NCBI GenBank assembly: GCA_964431795.1
Contig: CAYSLD010000001.1
Span: 1 to 49,354 of the forward strand
Length of the DNA stretch: 49,354 bases
DNA from: an uncultured Bacteroides sp.
GTDB lineage: Bacteria; Bacteroidota; Bacteroidia; Bacteroidales; Muribaculaceae
Reading direction: 5' to 3'
Shown here: piece after piece, positions 13,459 to 23,500 of the stretch
How positions within the stretch are numbered: position 1 is the first letter of the stretch
How the letters are laid out: each line of letters starts with the position of its first letter
Notes under the pieces: model-generated
Seen by the model: only the letters and a program-made list of their open reading frames with translations
The model's database searches: none
Told to the model about the DNA's origin: nothing
Translations under genes and position numbers: made by a program

Positions 13459-13490
13459 TTTGTTTAATTCAAAGTGATTTTTTAACTTTG
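13459..13490 (+). promoter_or_regulatory. Bacteroidetes promoter of the kinase/FHA operon
   Basis: TTTG (13459-13462), 20-nt spacer, TAACTTTG (13483-13490): consensus match. Confidence 0.75.
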
Positions 13491-13616
13491 CTAACTAGAA
13501 TTTAGGCATACTTACTCACTAAATTTCAACACTTCTTAATGCTCGAATGGTGTCAACAGACACTTTATTTGAGCGAATACCATTAACATAAAAATTCACC
13601 TTAAAATACGAAAACA

Positions 13617-14387
13617 ATGAGATGCAAAAATTGTGGATGGCCAAATAAGCCAAATGTTACACATTGCGTGAAATGTAACTCGCCATTGATTAGTGACAGC
13701 GTCAATGACTTTAACTCATCAGAACCGTCAATTCAGCTCAACAAAACAGTTAGAGAAGGTGACATATTCGGCGGCGCACCGGCAACTAACACTCCACCGC
13801 CCTATTATGGCACAGAACCGCCACGTGCCGAGCAACAGCGGCCTCAACCTCAGCCACAATCACAAACGAGCAACTGCCCGAAGTGTGGCTATCCGCTACG
13901 CCCCGGCAGCGATAAATGTCCGAATTGCAAATTTCAGATAGCAGCACCCACTCAGGAAGAGCCGTCATATCGACGCGAGCGCGAATTGCCCAAAGATGAA
14001 TACGGCGAGCGCCATCGCACGCGCATGTCATCGGGCAACGAACAAGCCAATAACAAGATGCGAGGCACCATCAATCCATATATGATGAACTTGGAGGCTG
14101 AGCCAACATTTGTGTTGCGTCCCATAAAGAAAGTTGGCGAGCGACATGACTTTGACGACCAAGAGTATGAGGGCAAAGAAGTGGTGCTCAGCCGTGACAA
14201 CACCGATCCGGACAACGCATCAATCACCTCACGCCGCCAAGCAACAATCACAAATACAGAGGGACATTGGTATATTGAAGATAATAGTGACCAAAAAACC
14301 ACATTTGTTCAAGCCGCGCAAAAGATTGAGTTGCACGACGGTGACATCATACTTTTAGGCAACAGATTGTTTGAATTTCATAAATAG
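13617..14387 (+). CDS. double zinc-ribbon plus divergent FHA domain protein
   Basis: CKNC...CVKC at the N terminus, CPKC...CPNC internally, Pro/Gln linkers, C-terminal FHA-like region (LSRD...ITSRRQATI...WYIED.S...TTFV...LHDGDIILLG). Confidence 0.82.
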   Translation: MRCKNCGWPNKPNVTHCVKCNSPLISDSVNDFNSSEPSIQLNKTVREGDIFGGAPATNTPPPYYGTEPPRAEQQRPQPQPQSQTSNCPKCGYPLRPGSDKCPNCKFQIAAPTQEEPSYRRERELPKDEYGERHRTRMSSGNEQANNKMRGTINPYMMNLEAEPTFVLRPIKKVGERHDFDDQEYEGKEVVLSRDNTDPDNASITSRRQATITNTEGHWYIEDNSDQKTTFVQAAQKIELHDGDIILLGNRLFEFHK

Positions 14388-14396
14388 CATACTGCG

Positions 14397-15689
14397 ATGG
14401 CTGAGATTGCTCAAAGATGCAGCTTCGCCATTGGCGATGTGATAGACAACCGATACCGAGTGTGTAAAATGCTTGGAGAGGGGTCGTTTGGCAAAGTATA
14501 TGCCGTGAAAGACTCCTCCGGGCAATCGTATGCCGTGAAGTTGCTGAAGTTGTGGGAAGTGCCGCCGGAGATCAGAGATTCGCTTGCCGCACGTTTCGAC
14601 ATGGAATTTGAGACCGGGCGCATCGAAAGCAATTATTTGGTGCACTCACTGTCACACGGTATTGTGATGGGCAACCCATACATAGTTATGGAGTATTGTC
14701 CGAATGGAGATTTGCTTTATTTATCGCAAAACACGTCAGTAGACTATACGAAGGCAGCGACACATATATTATATGGGTTGAAAGCCTTGCATATTTGCGG
14801 TAAGGTGCACCGCGACCTTAAGCCGGAAAATGTGTTGGTCAAGCAGAACGGAAATTTTGCATTGACTGACTTCGGCATTTCAGGCGATAGGACCAAACGT
14901 ATGACAGAGCGAAACATATTGGGTAAGCCCAAACAAATCTTTGGCACGTATGCTTATATGCCACCTGAGCAGCTGCGACCGTTCAAAGATGCAACCGTGC
15001 TGCCCACCACCGACATATTCTCATTTGGAGTGATGATGTTTCAATTGCTCACCGGTGAGCTGCCATTTGGCCCACTCTGCACCGAGAGCGATTTGCCCAC
15101 CTACACCCGCCGAGGCAAAAGCGGAGACTGGGACCGCGAGCTATTGAATGACAATGCATCGCGACGCGAATGGACGTCATTGATTGAAGGCTGTTTAGTG
15201 CCTGACTATCAACAACGTCTGCAGAGCGCCGATGACGTGTTGGCACTGGTGCCACACGGTTACATATACACAGACCAAACAGACGTAGGGCCGCAGAACT
15301 TTCAGACGCGCATAGTCAACGGAGTGCTGCTCCGCGTGATGCAAGGCGAGGAATATGGCCGCGTGTACAAGCTCGACGATATGCTCAGCGGCACGAGAAA
15401 TATATTGAACGTTGGCCGCCGCGACGAGGGCGTGCACAACGACATTTCAATACGTGAGGACAACAGCAGCTACGTATCGCGAAAACATTGCACACTTGAG
15501 CTTGACTATGATATAGGCAGCTGGGTGATACGCGATGGGCAGTGGGATAAGTACGAGTCGCGCGGTTGGCGTAGGTCAACAAACGGCACTTACGTAAACT
15601 CAACAGAGGTTGGCATCGAAGGCTTAGTATTTAAGCCCGGAGATATAATTTCAATCGGTGACACCAAACTCAGAGCAGAAGCATACTAA
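14397..15689 (+). CDS. soluble Hanks-type Ser/Thr kinase with C-terminal FHA domain
   Basis: GEGSFGKV, AVK, HRDLKPEN, DFG, GTYAYMPPE, DIFSFG; FHA: VGRR...VSRKHC...STNGTYVN...PGDIISIG; no TM segment. Confidence 0.93.
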   Translation: MAEIAQRCSFAIGDVIDNRYRVCKMLGEGSFGKVYAVKDSSGQSYAVKLLKLWEVPPEIRDSLAARFDMEFETGRIESNYLVHSLSHGIVMGNPYIVMEYCPNGDLLYLSQNTSVDYTKAATHILYGLKALHICGKVHRDLKPENVLVKQNGNFALTDFGISGDRTKRMTERNILGKPKQIFGTYAYMPPEQLRPFKDATVLPTTDIFSFGVMMFQLLTGELPFGPLCTESDLPTYTRRGKSGDWDRELLNDNASRREWTSLIEGCLVPDYQQRLQSADDVLALVPHGYIYTDQTDVGPQNFQTRIVNGVLLRVMQGEEYGRVYKLDDMLSGTRNILNVGRRDEGVHNDISIREDNSSYVSRKHCTLELDYDIGSWVIRDGQWDKYESRGWRRSTNGTYVNSTEVGIEGLVFKPGDIISIGDTKLRAEAY

Positions 15690-15719
15690 AAACAAACAAC
15701 GTAACACAACAGAAACACA

Positions 15720-17246
15720 ATGTCTGGTCAAACCACAAAACCTTATAAAAAGACGCTATCCGGCTCAATAGGATCCGGAATGGGCTCACTATTTTCGCCG
15801 AGCGGCAAAAAATATTACATACTTGAGCACAAAATATCGAGTAAATATCACAAAGCCGGTGAGACACAAGAAATTATTGTTGACAACATAGAGCTTGGCC
15901 GCGACTCGCATTGTCAAGTTCGTTTTGATGAAAGTTTCAAGACGGTGTCGCGCCGCCATGCAGCCATTGTGCGCGATGGCGAAATGTGGAAGTTAGTGCA
16001 ACTGTCAAAGACTAACACCACATTTTTGAATGGCAAGCCCGTGCACGATGAATGGTATCTGCAAAACGGCGACGAAATTCAATTGGCAGTGAACGGACCT
16101 AAGCTGGGATTTATCACTCCTACTGGCAAAAAATCGACAGTAGGCTCGATTGGTCTCACTCGCCGCCTGAGTCTGTTCAGACAGCAAGCCCTACGCCCCT
16201 ACAAAACCGCAATTGCAACACTCTCATGTGCGCTAATACTTGCAATTGTGGGTCTTGGCACGTGGAACTATATGCAAGGCTCAGAATATGATAAATTGAT
16301 TGCTGAAGCTCAATCAAATCTCAATTCACTAAAGGACAAGAACAGTAAACTCGAAAAGCTTATTGCTGAGGCAGCTGTTGAGCAAAACAAATTAGACTCA
16401 CTATTGAAAGAAAAACAAAAGCCGATATACAAGACGGTTTACGTTAATGGAGGTGGTGGCACCGGAGGCGGCATTAGCGCTTCTACAGAGAAACTGAGAG
16501 CATACGAAGATGATATTTATTATTTAATAGGTATTGTAGTGGCCGTATCTGATGGAGAAGTAGTTCCGCTCAAAAATAAGAATGGAAGTTACTACGCATG
16601 GACCGGCACAGGATATCTAATTTCAGACGGACGATTTATCACAGCCAAACACTGCGTGGAAGGTTGGAAGTTCTCGTCGAATGCAGAAATCGGACAAGAT
16701 ATATTAGACCTCGACGAATTATCAAGCCTTTTATTTTTTGCAGGACTTGCCAACGCAAAAGGAGTTACACTACACACAATAATATCTGCTAAATCTCCGT
16801 CAAAAGAGTTCACGTTACGTTCAGACCAATTTGTGATGGACCATTCAGATGAAAAATCGGTGACGTTCGCCGATGATTATACCCGAAAAATTGCATCATT
16901 GACAAGCGGAGCTGATTGGGCTTACGTAAAGACCGGACAAACCGGATCAATTCCGGCAGATGCATCGTTGTCAGCAAATCTTCCGGCCGGAGCACGATTG
17001 GAAGTGCTTGGTTATCCGATGGGCGACAAAGCAGCTCAGGGGTCGTGTTTGTATGGTTCGTGCCAAACTTCAGAGAGAGGCCTACACAATGGCTTGATTA
17101 TGATTTCTGCAAGGAATTTTGAGCAAGGCAACTCAGGCGGCCCGGTATTTTATTTAGATAAAGACACATATAAAGCTGTTGGCATAGTGTCAATGGGCGA
17201 AGGAGACACTCGAGGCGGACTTATTCCATTATCAAATTTAAGATAA
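15720..17246 (+). CDS. FHA - transmembrane - coiled coil - trypsin-like (S1) serine protease
   Basis: FHA (LGRD...VSRRHA...NTTFLNG...LQNGDEIQL), TM (AIATLSCALILAIVGLGTW), heptad region, protease motifs GTGYLI, TAKHC (His), DWAYV (Asp), GNSGGP (Ser). Confidence 0.88.
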   Translation: MSGQTTKPYKKTLSGSIGSGMGSLFSPSGKKYYILEHKISSKYHKAGETQEIIVDNIELGRDSHCQVRFDESFKTVSRRHAAIVRDGEMWKLVQLSKTNTTFLNGKPVHDEWYLQNGDEIQLAVNGPKLGFITPTGKKSTVGSIGLTRRLSLFRQQALRPYKTAIATLSCALILAIVGLGTWNYMQGSEYDKLIAEAQSNLNSLKDKNSKLEKLIAEAAVEQNKLDSLLKEKQKPIYKTVYVNGGGGTGGGISASTEKLRAYEDDIYYLIGIVVAVSDGEVVPLKNKNGSYYAWTGTGYLISDGRFITAKHCVEGWKFSSNAEIGQDILDLDELSSLLFFAGLANAKGVTLHTIISAKSPSKEFTLRSDQFVMDHSDEKSVTFADDYTRKIASLTSGADWAYVKTGQTGSIPADASLSANLPAGARLEVLGYPMGDKAAQGSCLYGSCQTSERGLHNGLIMISARNFEQGNSGGPVFYLDKDTYKAVGIVSMGEGDTRGGLIPLSNLR

Positions 17247-17251
17247 CTATC

Positions 17252-18175
17252 ATGAGACATTTAAGAACAACAATTATATTAATTCTTGCATGTTTATTCA
17301 CACCTGCGACTTATGCGCAAGCGACAAGCAATAAGACTATAAATGCTAAAGATTTGGATAGCTACTTCAACAATGTAGAGGGTAGTCCAACATATATAAC
17401 AACTGCAATCAAGTCGGGGTTGTTTGTGTCGCGCCAAAGTTTTCAGATATACGATGAAGCTACCGGAGATATTTTCGGACGAAACGGCAAGGAAGAATTT
17501 GGTGTGCAATATTCGCTTGGCATCAAAGTGCCTAACGGATTTGTGCTGAGCGACAAAGCTGTATGTCCGTGGAAATACGACAAAGGATTTTTCAAATATC
17601 GCGATAAATATAATCCGATATCATACAAAGCTTCGTATACCGGGCTCGACAAGGTGGAGTACGATTCGCTATCTTATTCGCTGACAAAGATGGATGAGTT
17701 GGTTGACAGCACATTATACAGATTTGACTCAGACACCTTTCACGGTGATGGCTTTATACTCGACTCATCGACAGGCGATAAGAGTGGATGGGTGGTATGG
17801 ATTACGAGCGCAGATAATGCCGATTTTGAGGCCACGTCAAACATTTCATATTCTGTATTTAAAAAAGCCGTAAAAGTTGAGCGACAGCTACAAACCATTG
17901 ATATAGAAAAGCCGAGCACGGTGCAAAATGTCATTGGCGGTATTTACATTGTGCCATCATTCTATAAAATCGGAGTTATCGAGCTTAGGCTAAGCGGCAT
18001 TTTAGTTCAAAACGGTGAAAAATGGCAACTTATCTTCCCTTTTGTTGATGAAAAAGCACAAAAGCATGAGACGAAAAAAGTTAGTGAAACCGAACAGAAA
18101 CCGGATGTAACAAATAACGACGATAAGTCAGAGTTGACACCGATAAATAAAAGCAAAAAGAAAACAAAAAGATAA
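17252..18175 (+). CDS. secreted hypothetical protein, possible inactive trypsin-fold homologue
   Basis: Signal peptide ending ATYA-Q; segments GIKVPNGFVLSDKAVCPWKY and NVIGGIY resemble the His and Ser motifs of the upstream protease but lack those residues; Lys-rich tail. Confidence 0.6.
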   Translation: MRHLRTTIILILACLFTPATYAQATSNKTINAKDLDSYFNNVEGSPTYITTAIKSGLFVSRQSFQIYDEATGDIFGRNGKEEFGVQYSLGIKVPNGFVLSDKAVCPWKYDKGFFKYRDKYNPISYKASYTGLDKVEYDSLSYSLTKMDELVDSTLYRFDSDTFHGDGFILDSSTGDKSGWVVWITSADNADFEATSNISYSVFKKAVKVERQLQTIDIEKPSTVQNVIGGIYIVPSFYKIGVIELRLSGILVQNGEKWQLIFPFVDEKAQKHETKKVSETEQKPDVTNNDDKSELTPINKSKKKTKR

Positions 18176-19732
18176 ATGAGCAGCATAAAATTTAGGATTG
18201 CAGCCAAGACCGATATGGGCCTTGTGCGCACCAATAACGAAGATAATTTCCAAGCAGCAGCCGACTTGAGTTCAGGCCAAATGCGATGGATAAACAATGA
18301 GATATGTTCACTTGGTGATAAAGGAGCACTTCTTGTTGTGGCTGACGGCATGGGTGGCATGAATGCCGGAGAAGTAGCCTCAGAGATAGCAATTGCCACA
18401 GTGCGCGACTGTTTTGCCACAGAGAGATTGACTGCCGAGGTTACGAAATCAAGGTATTCGATTGAGAAATACATGAACGACACTGTCGTGCTGGCAGATG
18501 CGCGCATAAAAGCCGAAGCAGCAAAGCGTCCCGAGACACGCGGCATGGGCACCACAATAGTTATCGGATGGGTGCTCGATGGCAAATTGTATGTATCGTG
18601 GTGTGGAGACAGCCGTGCATACGTGTACAATCCCGCCGCCGGGTTGCACCAAATCACCAAAGACCACTCGTACGTGCAAAGTTTGGTTGACAAGGGCTCT
18701 ATATCGCACGAAGATGCCTTTGACTTTCCCGACAGTAACATCATCACACGCTGCTTGAGCGATGCCTCGACAAAGGCTAAGCCCGAGTCGTTGTTACGCC
18801 CGTATGAGGTTTGTAACAATGATATCATTTTGCTGTGCACAGACGGACTTTGTGGCATGATACGCGATAATGAGATAGAGCAAATTATACGCGCGAATGA
18901 GCACAACATGGATGAGTTGAGCGACCGCTTGATACAAGGGGCTTGCGATGCTGAAGGTTCAGACAACATTACTATCTGCTTGTGCCAAATCATGCAAGGT
19001 GGCAAAGTATGCGACCCCACTGTGTTTGTTGAGTCAGACAAACGTCTACGTGGCAAAAGTGCCAATTTGACAGAGACTGTGATTAAAGATTCAAACGATG
19101 ACGATGACCACAAGAAGTGCAAATTTTGTATAATCGGACTTATTGCTTTGCTTGTGATAGTTATTGGTGGAATTTTGTATTGGTGCTTTAGCAATAGCGG
19201 CAATGATGCCAACAGTGATGACAACAAAGAAAAAGTTGACAGCGTGCGTGAAGAGCAACCTGTTCCGGATGTTGCACCTGACGAAGGACAAGTGACACCT
19301 CCCGAGACAGATATACAGATGCCTAGCGAAGAGCAATTAAAGGCCTTGGAAGAAAAAGCGAAGAAGCAGCATAAAACTGACACCAAAGAGCCTCAAAAAG
19401 ATCAAAAGAAACAAGACAAGAACAAAAACAGTGAGAAAAAAGACGAGCAAAATGCCGACAAAGACGATCTATTCAATACGGGTAAATCCATAAACGCGTT
19501 AGAAGATCTCAAAACTGAAAGCAAATCAACAGAGGCTAAAGCAGAAACCAAAACTACTGATAATCAGTCCAATACAAAACAAAAGACCAAGACGAAAAAT
19601 TATTTAGTAAAAAAAGGCGATTCATATTCCTCAATTGCAGATAGCTTAAAAATAAAAGTAGCTGTATTGCAGAAAGTGAACAATAACAAGCCTCTGAAAG
19701 CAGGAGAAACGATACAAATACCGGTAAAATAG
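18176..19732 (+). CDS. PP2C/PPM Ser/Thr phosphatase - TM - charged linker - LysM domain
   Basis: TDMGLVRTNNED, VADGMGG, MGTT, GDSRAY, TKDHS, LCTDGL, DNIT; TM (FCIIGLIALLVIVIGGILYWC); C-terminal YLVKKGDSYSSIA...LQKVN...LKAGETIQIP is a LysM signature. Confidence 0.9.
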   Translation: MSSIKFRIAAKTDMGLVRTNNEDNFQAAADLSSGQMRWINNEICSLGDKGALLVVADGMGGMNAGEVASEIAIATVRDCFATERLTAEVTKSRYSIEKYMNDTVVLADARIKAEAAKRPETRGMGTTIVIGWVLDGKLYVSWCGDSRAYVYNPAAGLHQITKDHSYVQSLVDKGSISHEDAFDFPDSNIITRCLSDASTKAKPESLLRPYEVCNNDIILLCTDGLCGMIRDNEIEQIIRANEHNMDELSDRLIQGACDAEGSDNITICLCQIMQGGKVCDPTVFVESDKRLRGKSANLTETVIKDSNDDDDHKKCKFCIIGLIALLVIVIGGILYWCFSNSGNDANSDDNKEKVDSVREEQPVPDVAPDEGQVTPPETDIQMPSEEQLKALEEKAKKQHKTDTKEPQKDQKKQDKNKNSEKKDEQNADKDDLFNTGKSINALEDLKTESKSTEAKAETKTTDNQSNTKQKTKTKNYLVKKGDSYSSIADSLKIKVAVLQKVNNNKPLKAGETIQIPVK

Positions 19733-19738
19733 ACAGTT

Positions 19739-20578
19739 ATGAGCAAAACATATATAAGAATAGGACGCGACCCACGGTGTGACTTACATATTGATGAGAG
19801 ATGGGACACCGTGAGCAATCAGCATGCCGAAATAGAGCAGAATGGCAACCAATTATTTTTCACCGACCATAGCACAAACGGCACGGTAATCAACGGCCAA
19901 AAAGTGCACAACATGACAGTTGGCATTTATCAGGGCGACGTGATAAAGTTGGCCAATGTGTTTTTGTTGGAGTGGGACGTTATAAACACGTTTTTCCCGT
20001 ACAACAACAACCGTCCAACAGTTACGCACAACACCCATGGATATGCTTCAGACACCAATGGTGGGCGCAAAACCGTGCAAATGCACGATGCGCCACGTGA
20101 GCAAGATCACGGCCGAAAAACCGAAGCATTTAAGCCGGAGCAACAACGTCAGCAGCCGCAATATCCACCGCAATATCAGCAACGGACAGGCGGCAACCAA
20201 GCCAACGAACCAACAGCTAAGACAGACAGCGGCAAAGAGAACGTTTACTCACAGTCACAAATCGACAAAGAGTTGGGACGCTGGAACTGGGGTGCATTTT
20301 TCTGCACTTGGTTGTGGAGCGTATGCAACGGCTTATATTGGCCGGCCTTTGTGATATTGGTAGCATTGATACCATATATCGGGCAAGTGTGCGCACTTGC
20401 GCTAAGCGTATATCTCGGTTTGAAAGGAACAAGAATGGCATGGAACAAATGCAAAGATAAAGACTTTGATAAGTTCAAACGCAGACAGCGCAATTGGGCC
20501 ATAGCCGGCTTGATAGCCTTTATACTAACCGTTATTTATAACATATACATGCTCAAATACGTACTAAATATATTTTAG
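19739..20578 (+). CDS. FHA domain protein with C-terminal multi-pass membrane domain (WNWGAF type)
   Basis: IGRD...VSNQHA...STNGTVING...GDVIKL FHA, Gln/Pro linker, RWNWGAFFCTWLW followed by about three hydrophobic helices. Confidence 0.82.
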   Translation: MSKTYIRIGRDPRCDLHIDERWDTVSNQHAEIEQNGNQLFFTDHSTNGTVINGQKVHNMTVGIYQGDVIKLANVFLLEWDVINTFFPYNNNRPTVTHNTHGYASDTNGGRKTVQMHDAPREQDHGRKTEAFKPEQQRQQPQYPPQYQQRTGGNQANEPTAKTDSGKENVYSQSQIDKELGRWNWGAFFCTWLWSVCNGLYWPAFVILVALIPYIGQVCALALSVYLGLKGTRMAWNKCKDKDFDKFKRRQRNWAIAGLIAFILTVIYNIYMLKYVLNIF

Positions 20579-20581
20579 AAA

Positions 20582-23500
20582 ATGTCGTTACAAAGAGGTC
20601 AACTTTTTCACAACCGCTATTTATTGGTGAAAGCGCTGGGACAAGGAGCATCTGCAGATGTGTGGATGGCCCAGGACACGCGTGCCAATAATTTGTTGGT
20701 TGCGCTCAAGATATTTGCACAAAATTCGGAATTTGACTCGTACGGGCTTCAGAACTTTGAGCGTGAATTTACCACGGTCTACAACATGAAGCAGTCAAAT
20801 TTATTGCCGCCAACGGGCTATGACATCTGCGATGGCAGGCCATATTTGGTGATGCAATATTGCGAGAATGGATCGTGCCACGGCTTGGCAGGGCGCATGG
20901 ACGAAGATGATATTATCAAGTTCATGCACGATGTGTCGGCCGGACTTGAGTATCTACATGACCACAACATCATACACCAAGATATCAAGCCCGACAATAT
21001 CTTGCTCGATGACAATTGCAACTACATGGTCACCGACTTTGGTATCAGCGTGAGCACCGACGGCAGTTTTGGCAGTTCAAACGGTATGTCGGGCGGCACA
21101 CGAGCCTATATGGGGCCGGAGCGTTTTGAAGGTGTGGTGAGCAGTGCATCAGATATGTGGTCGTTAGGAGCAACAGCGGTTGAATTGTTGATCGGAGAGC
21201 CGCCATACGGCGAACATGGCGGACTGTTGCAAGCAGAGGGCGAGCCCCTACCCGCTTTGCCAAAGTTGCAGCCGGAGGTTGCAGCGATGATACTCAGCTG
21301 TTTGGAACGCGACCCGGAAAAGCGCATAAAAGCTAACGAGATACGTCAGAAAATAGAGCTTTATTGGGAAACCGGCAAATGGACGGCCCCATCGTCGATA
21401 AACTTGATAGCAAAAGTAGCCACTATAGCGGCAGCGATAGTGATGTGCTTGGGCATATATGCATGGGACTACACCCGCACAAAGGTGTACTACTATAAAG
21501 ATTATGCCGAATATTGGGGTGTGCCCAAAGGCATTGGGCGCCTAAGTTCAAACGAGATGTCGCACCGCGAAATGAGCTACAAGTTTGAGTACTGCAAGCA
21601 TAAGCTCAGACGTTTGTCGTTGGTAAACTCTGCCGGCAAGGTCATTAGCCACAAAGACACCGAACTGGCAAATTGCCGCTATTCAGATGTGAGTTATTAC
21701 TACACTGATAACGGCCAATTGGACTATGCCACTATATCAGACTGCAACGGATGCGTGCTCTACAAGATGGACTATGACGAAAATCTGAAGACAGTGACAT
21801 TCCGACAAAATGACGAATATGGCACCGAGCTAAATTTAGAGGCGAACACAAATGTGCTCTACAAGAACAATCAATCGGTATTTGAAGAGAGAAGTCGTAT
21901 ATCACGCTATTTGCTGACATACGATGATGATGGATTGGTGATAGAGCGCAAATATGTTGGTTTGCAAAATGTGCCCGCTTGCGATAAGGACAAGATTTAC
22001 GGTTCACGATACAAATATGACGACAAAGGCCGCAAGATTGAAGAAGACTTTATCGGCTCAGACGGTGAAATCAAAGGCAACGGAGACGGCTTGGCCATTC
22101 GCTTATACACATACGATGACAACAACGATTGGACATCAGTAACATATTTGACTGCAGAGCGCAAAGGCTCGCACGACGGCAACAACTGTTCGGTAGTGAA
22201 ATTAGAATATGACAAGTATGGCAACCGCATATTTGAGCGTTACTACACGGCAGATGAAGAGCCGTCAATTCGCACAGACATAAACGTGTCAGGACTAAAA
22301 TATGAGTTTGATGACAAAGGAAATCAAATTGTGCGCACATGCTTGGGCACAGACGGAAGTGTATCATTCAGCAATGCCGGATTTGCCATACAGCGATTTA
22401 AATATGACGACAACGGATTTATCACAGAGATAAGTTGCTTTGATGATAATAACAAGCCAACAATGTGCAATTTCCAAGGCGAGTGTTACTGCACAACGAA
22501 GCTAAAAATCGATGATAAAGATTTGCCGCTCGAAATAAGCTATTACGACGAAAATGGCCGACTTTTTGAGCAAACAAATGGTGCATCGCGTGTTAAAAAC
22601 GCCTTTAACGAACAAGGCTTTATTGTAAGACAGCAGTACTTCAATTCAGAAAACAAACCGGTGCTCATTGACGGCTTCTACAATATAGTAAAGTTTGAAT
22701 ACGACGAGTTTAACCGACGTACTTTTGAAGCTTATTATGACAAGGATGAGAATGCCGCCACGATAGATGGTACTATCTCGAAATATGCTTATGAATATAA
22801 CCGACAAGGAGCAATAACCAAAGTGTCATTTTTAGACACCAAGGGTAATCTTGTGTTGACATCTGATTTGACAGCCGGCTACACAATTGCATACGATGAA
22901 CTGGGCAACGAAAAATATCAAGAATACTTTGATATCTCTCAAAATCCGACAACGAGCAAATATGGATTTTCAAAGATAGAGTATTTTTACGACGACAAGG
23001 CAAACAATCTTATTGGCGTAAAAAAATATACTTCCAACGGCAATGTGGTGAGTGATGACCATTACAAATACGATGCTCGCGGCAACATGACAGAAGTATA
23101 CGCATTGACCAACGGCAAACTCATAAGCGGTGATTATGTCACCCACTGTGAATATGACGTTAACAATCATATAACTCAAAAGTGGTTTACAGACCTCAGC
23201 GGGAACAAAGTAAACGTAAACGATGGGACATACTCTGTCATGAAATGCGAATTTGACAACATGGGAAACTGCACCGAACGCACCTTCTGGAAGGCAAACG
23301 GAGCCCCGGGCACCGATGAGCAGAAAACCCATAGGCGCGTGCAAGAATTTGATGCGATGAATCGCACGATAGGCGAACGCAATTATGGCACAGATGGCAA
23401 ACCCGTGAGCGGAACCGGTGTTAATCCCGAAGGTAAGGTGAAATATGACCAATGGGGCAACATAATAGAATTGTCGTGCTACGACGGATATGGCAGGCCA

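Noticed and set aside
18007-19386. 459-aa minus-strand ORF
   Set aside because: Antisense to the PP2C gene; Ser/Leu/Phe-rich mirror of its codons with no recognisable motif.
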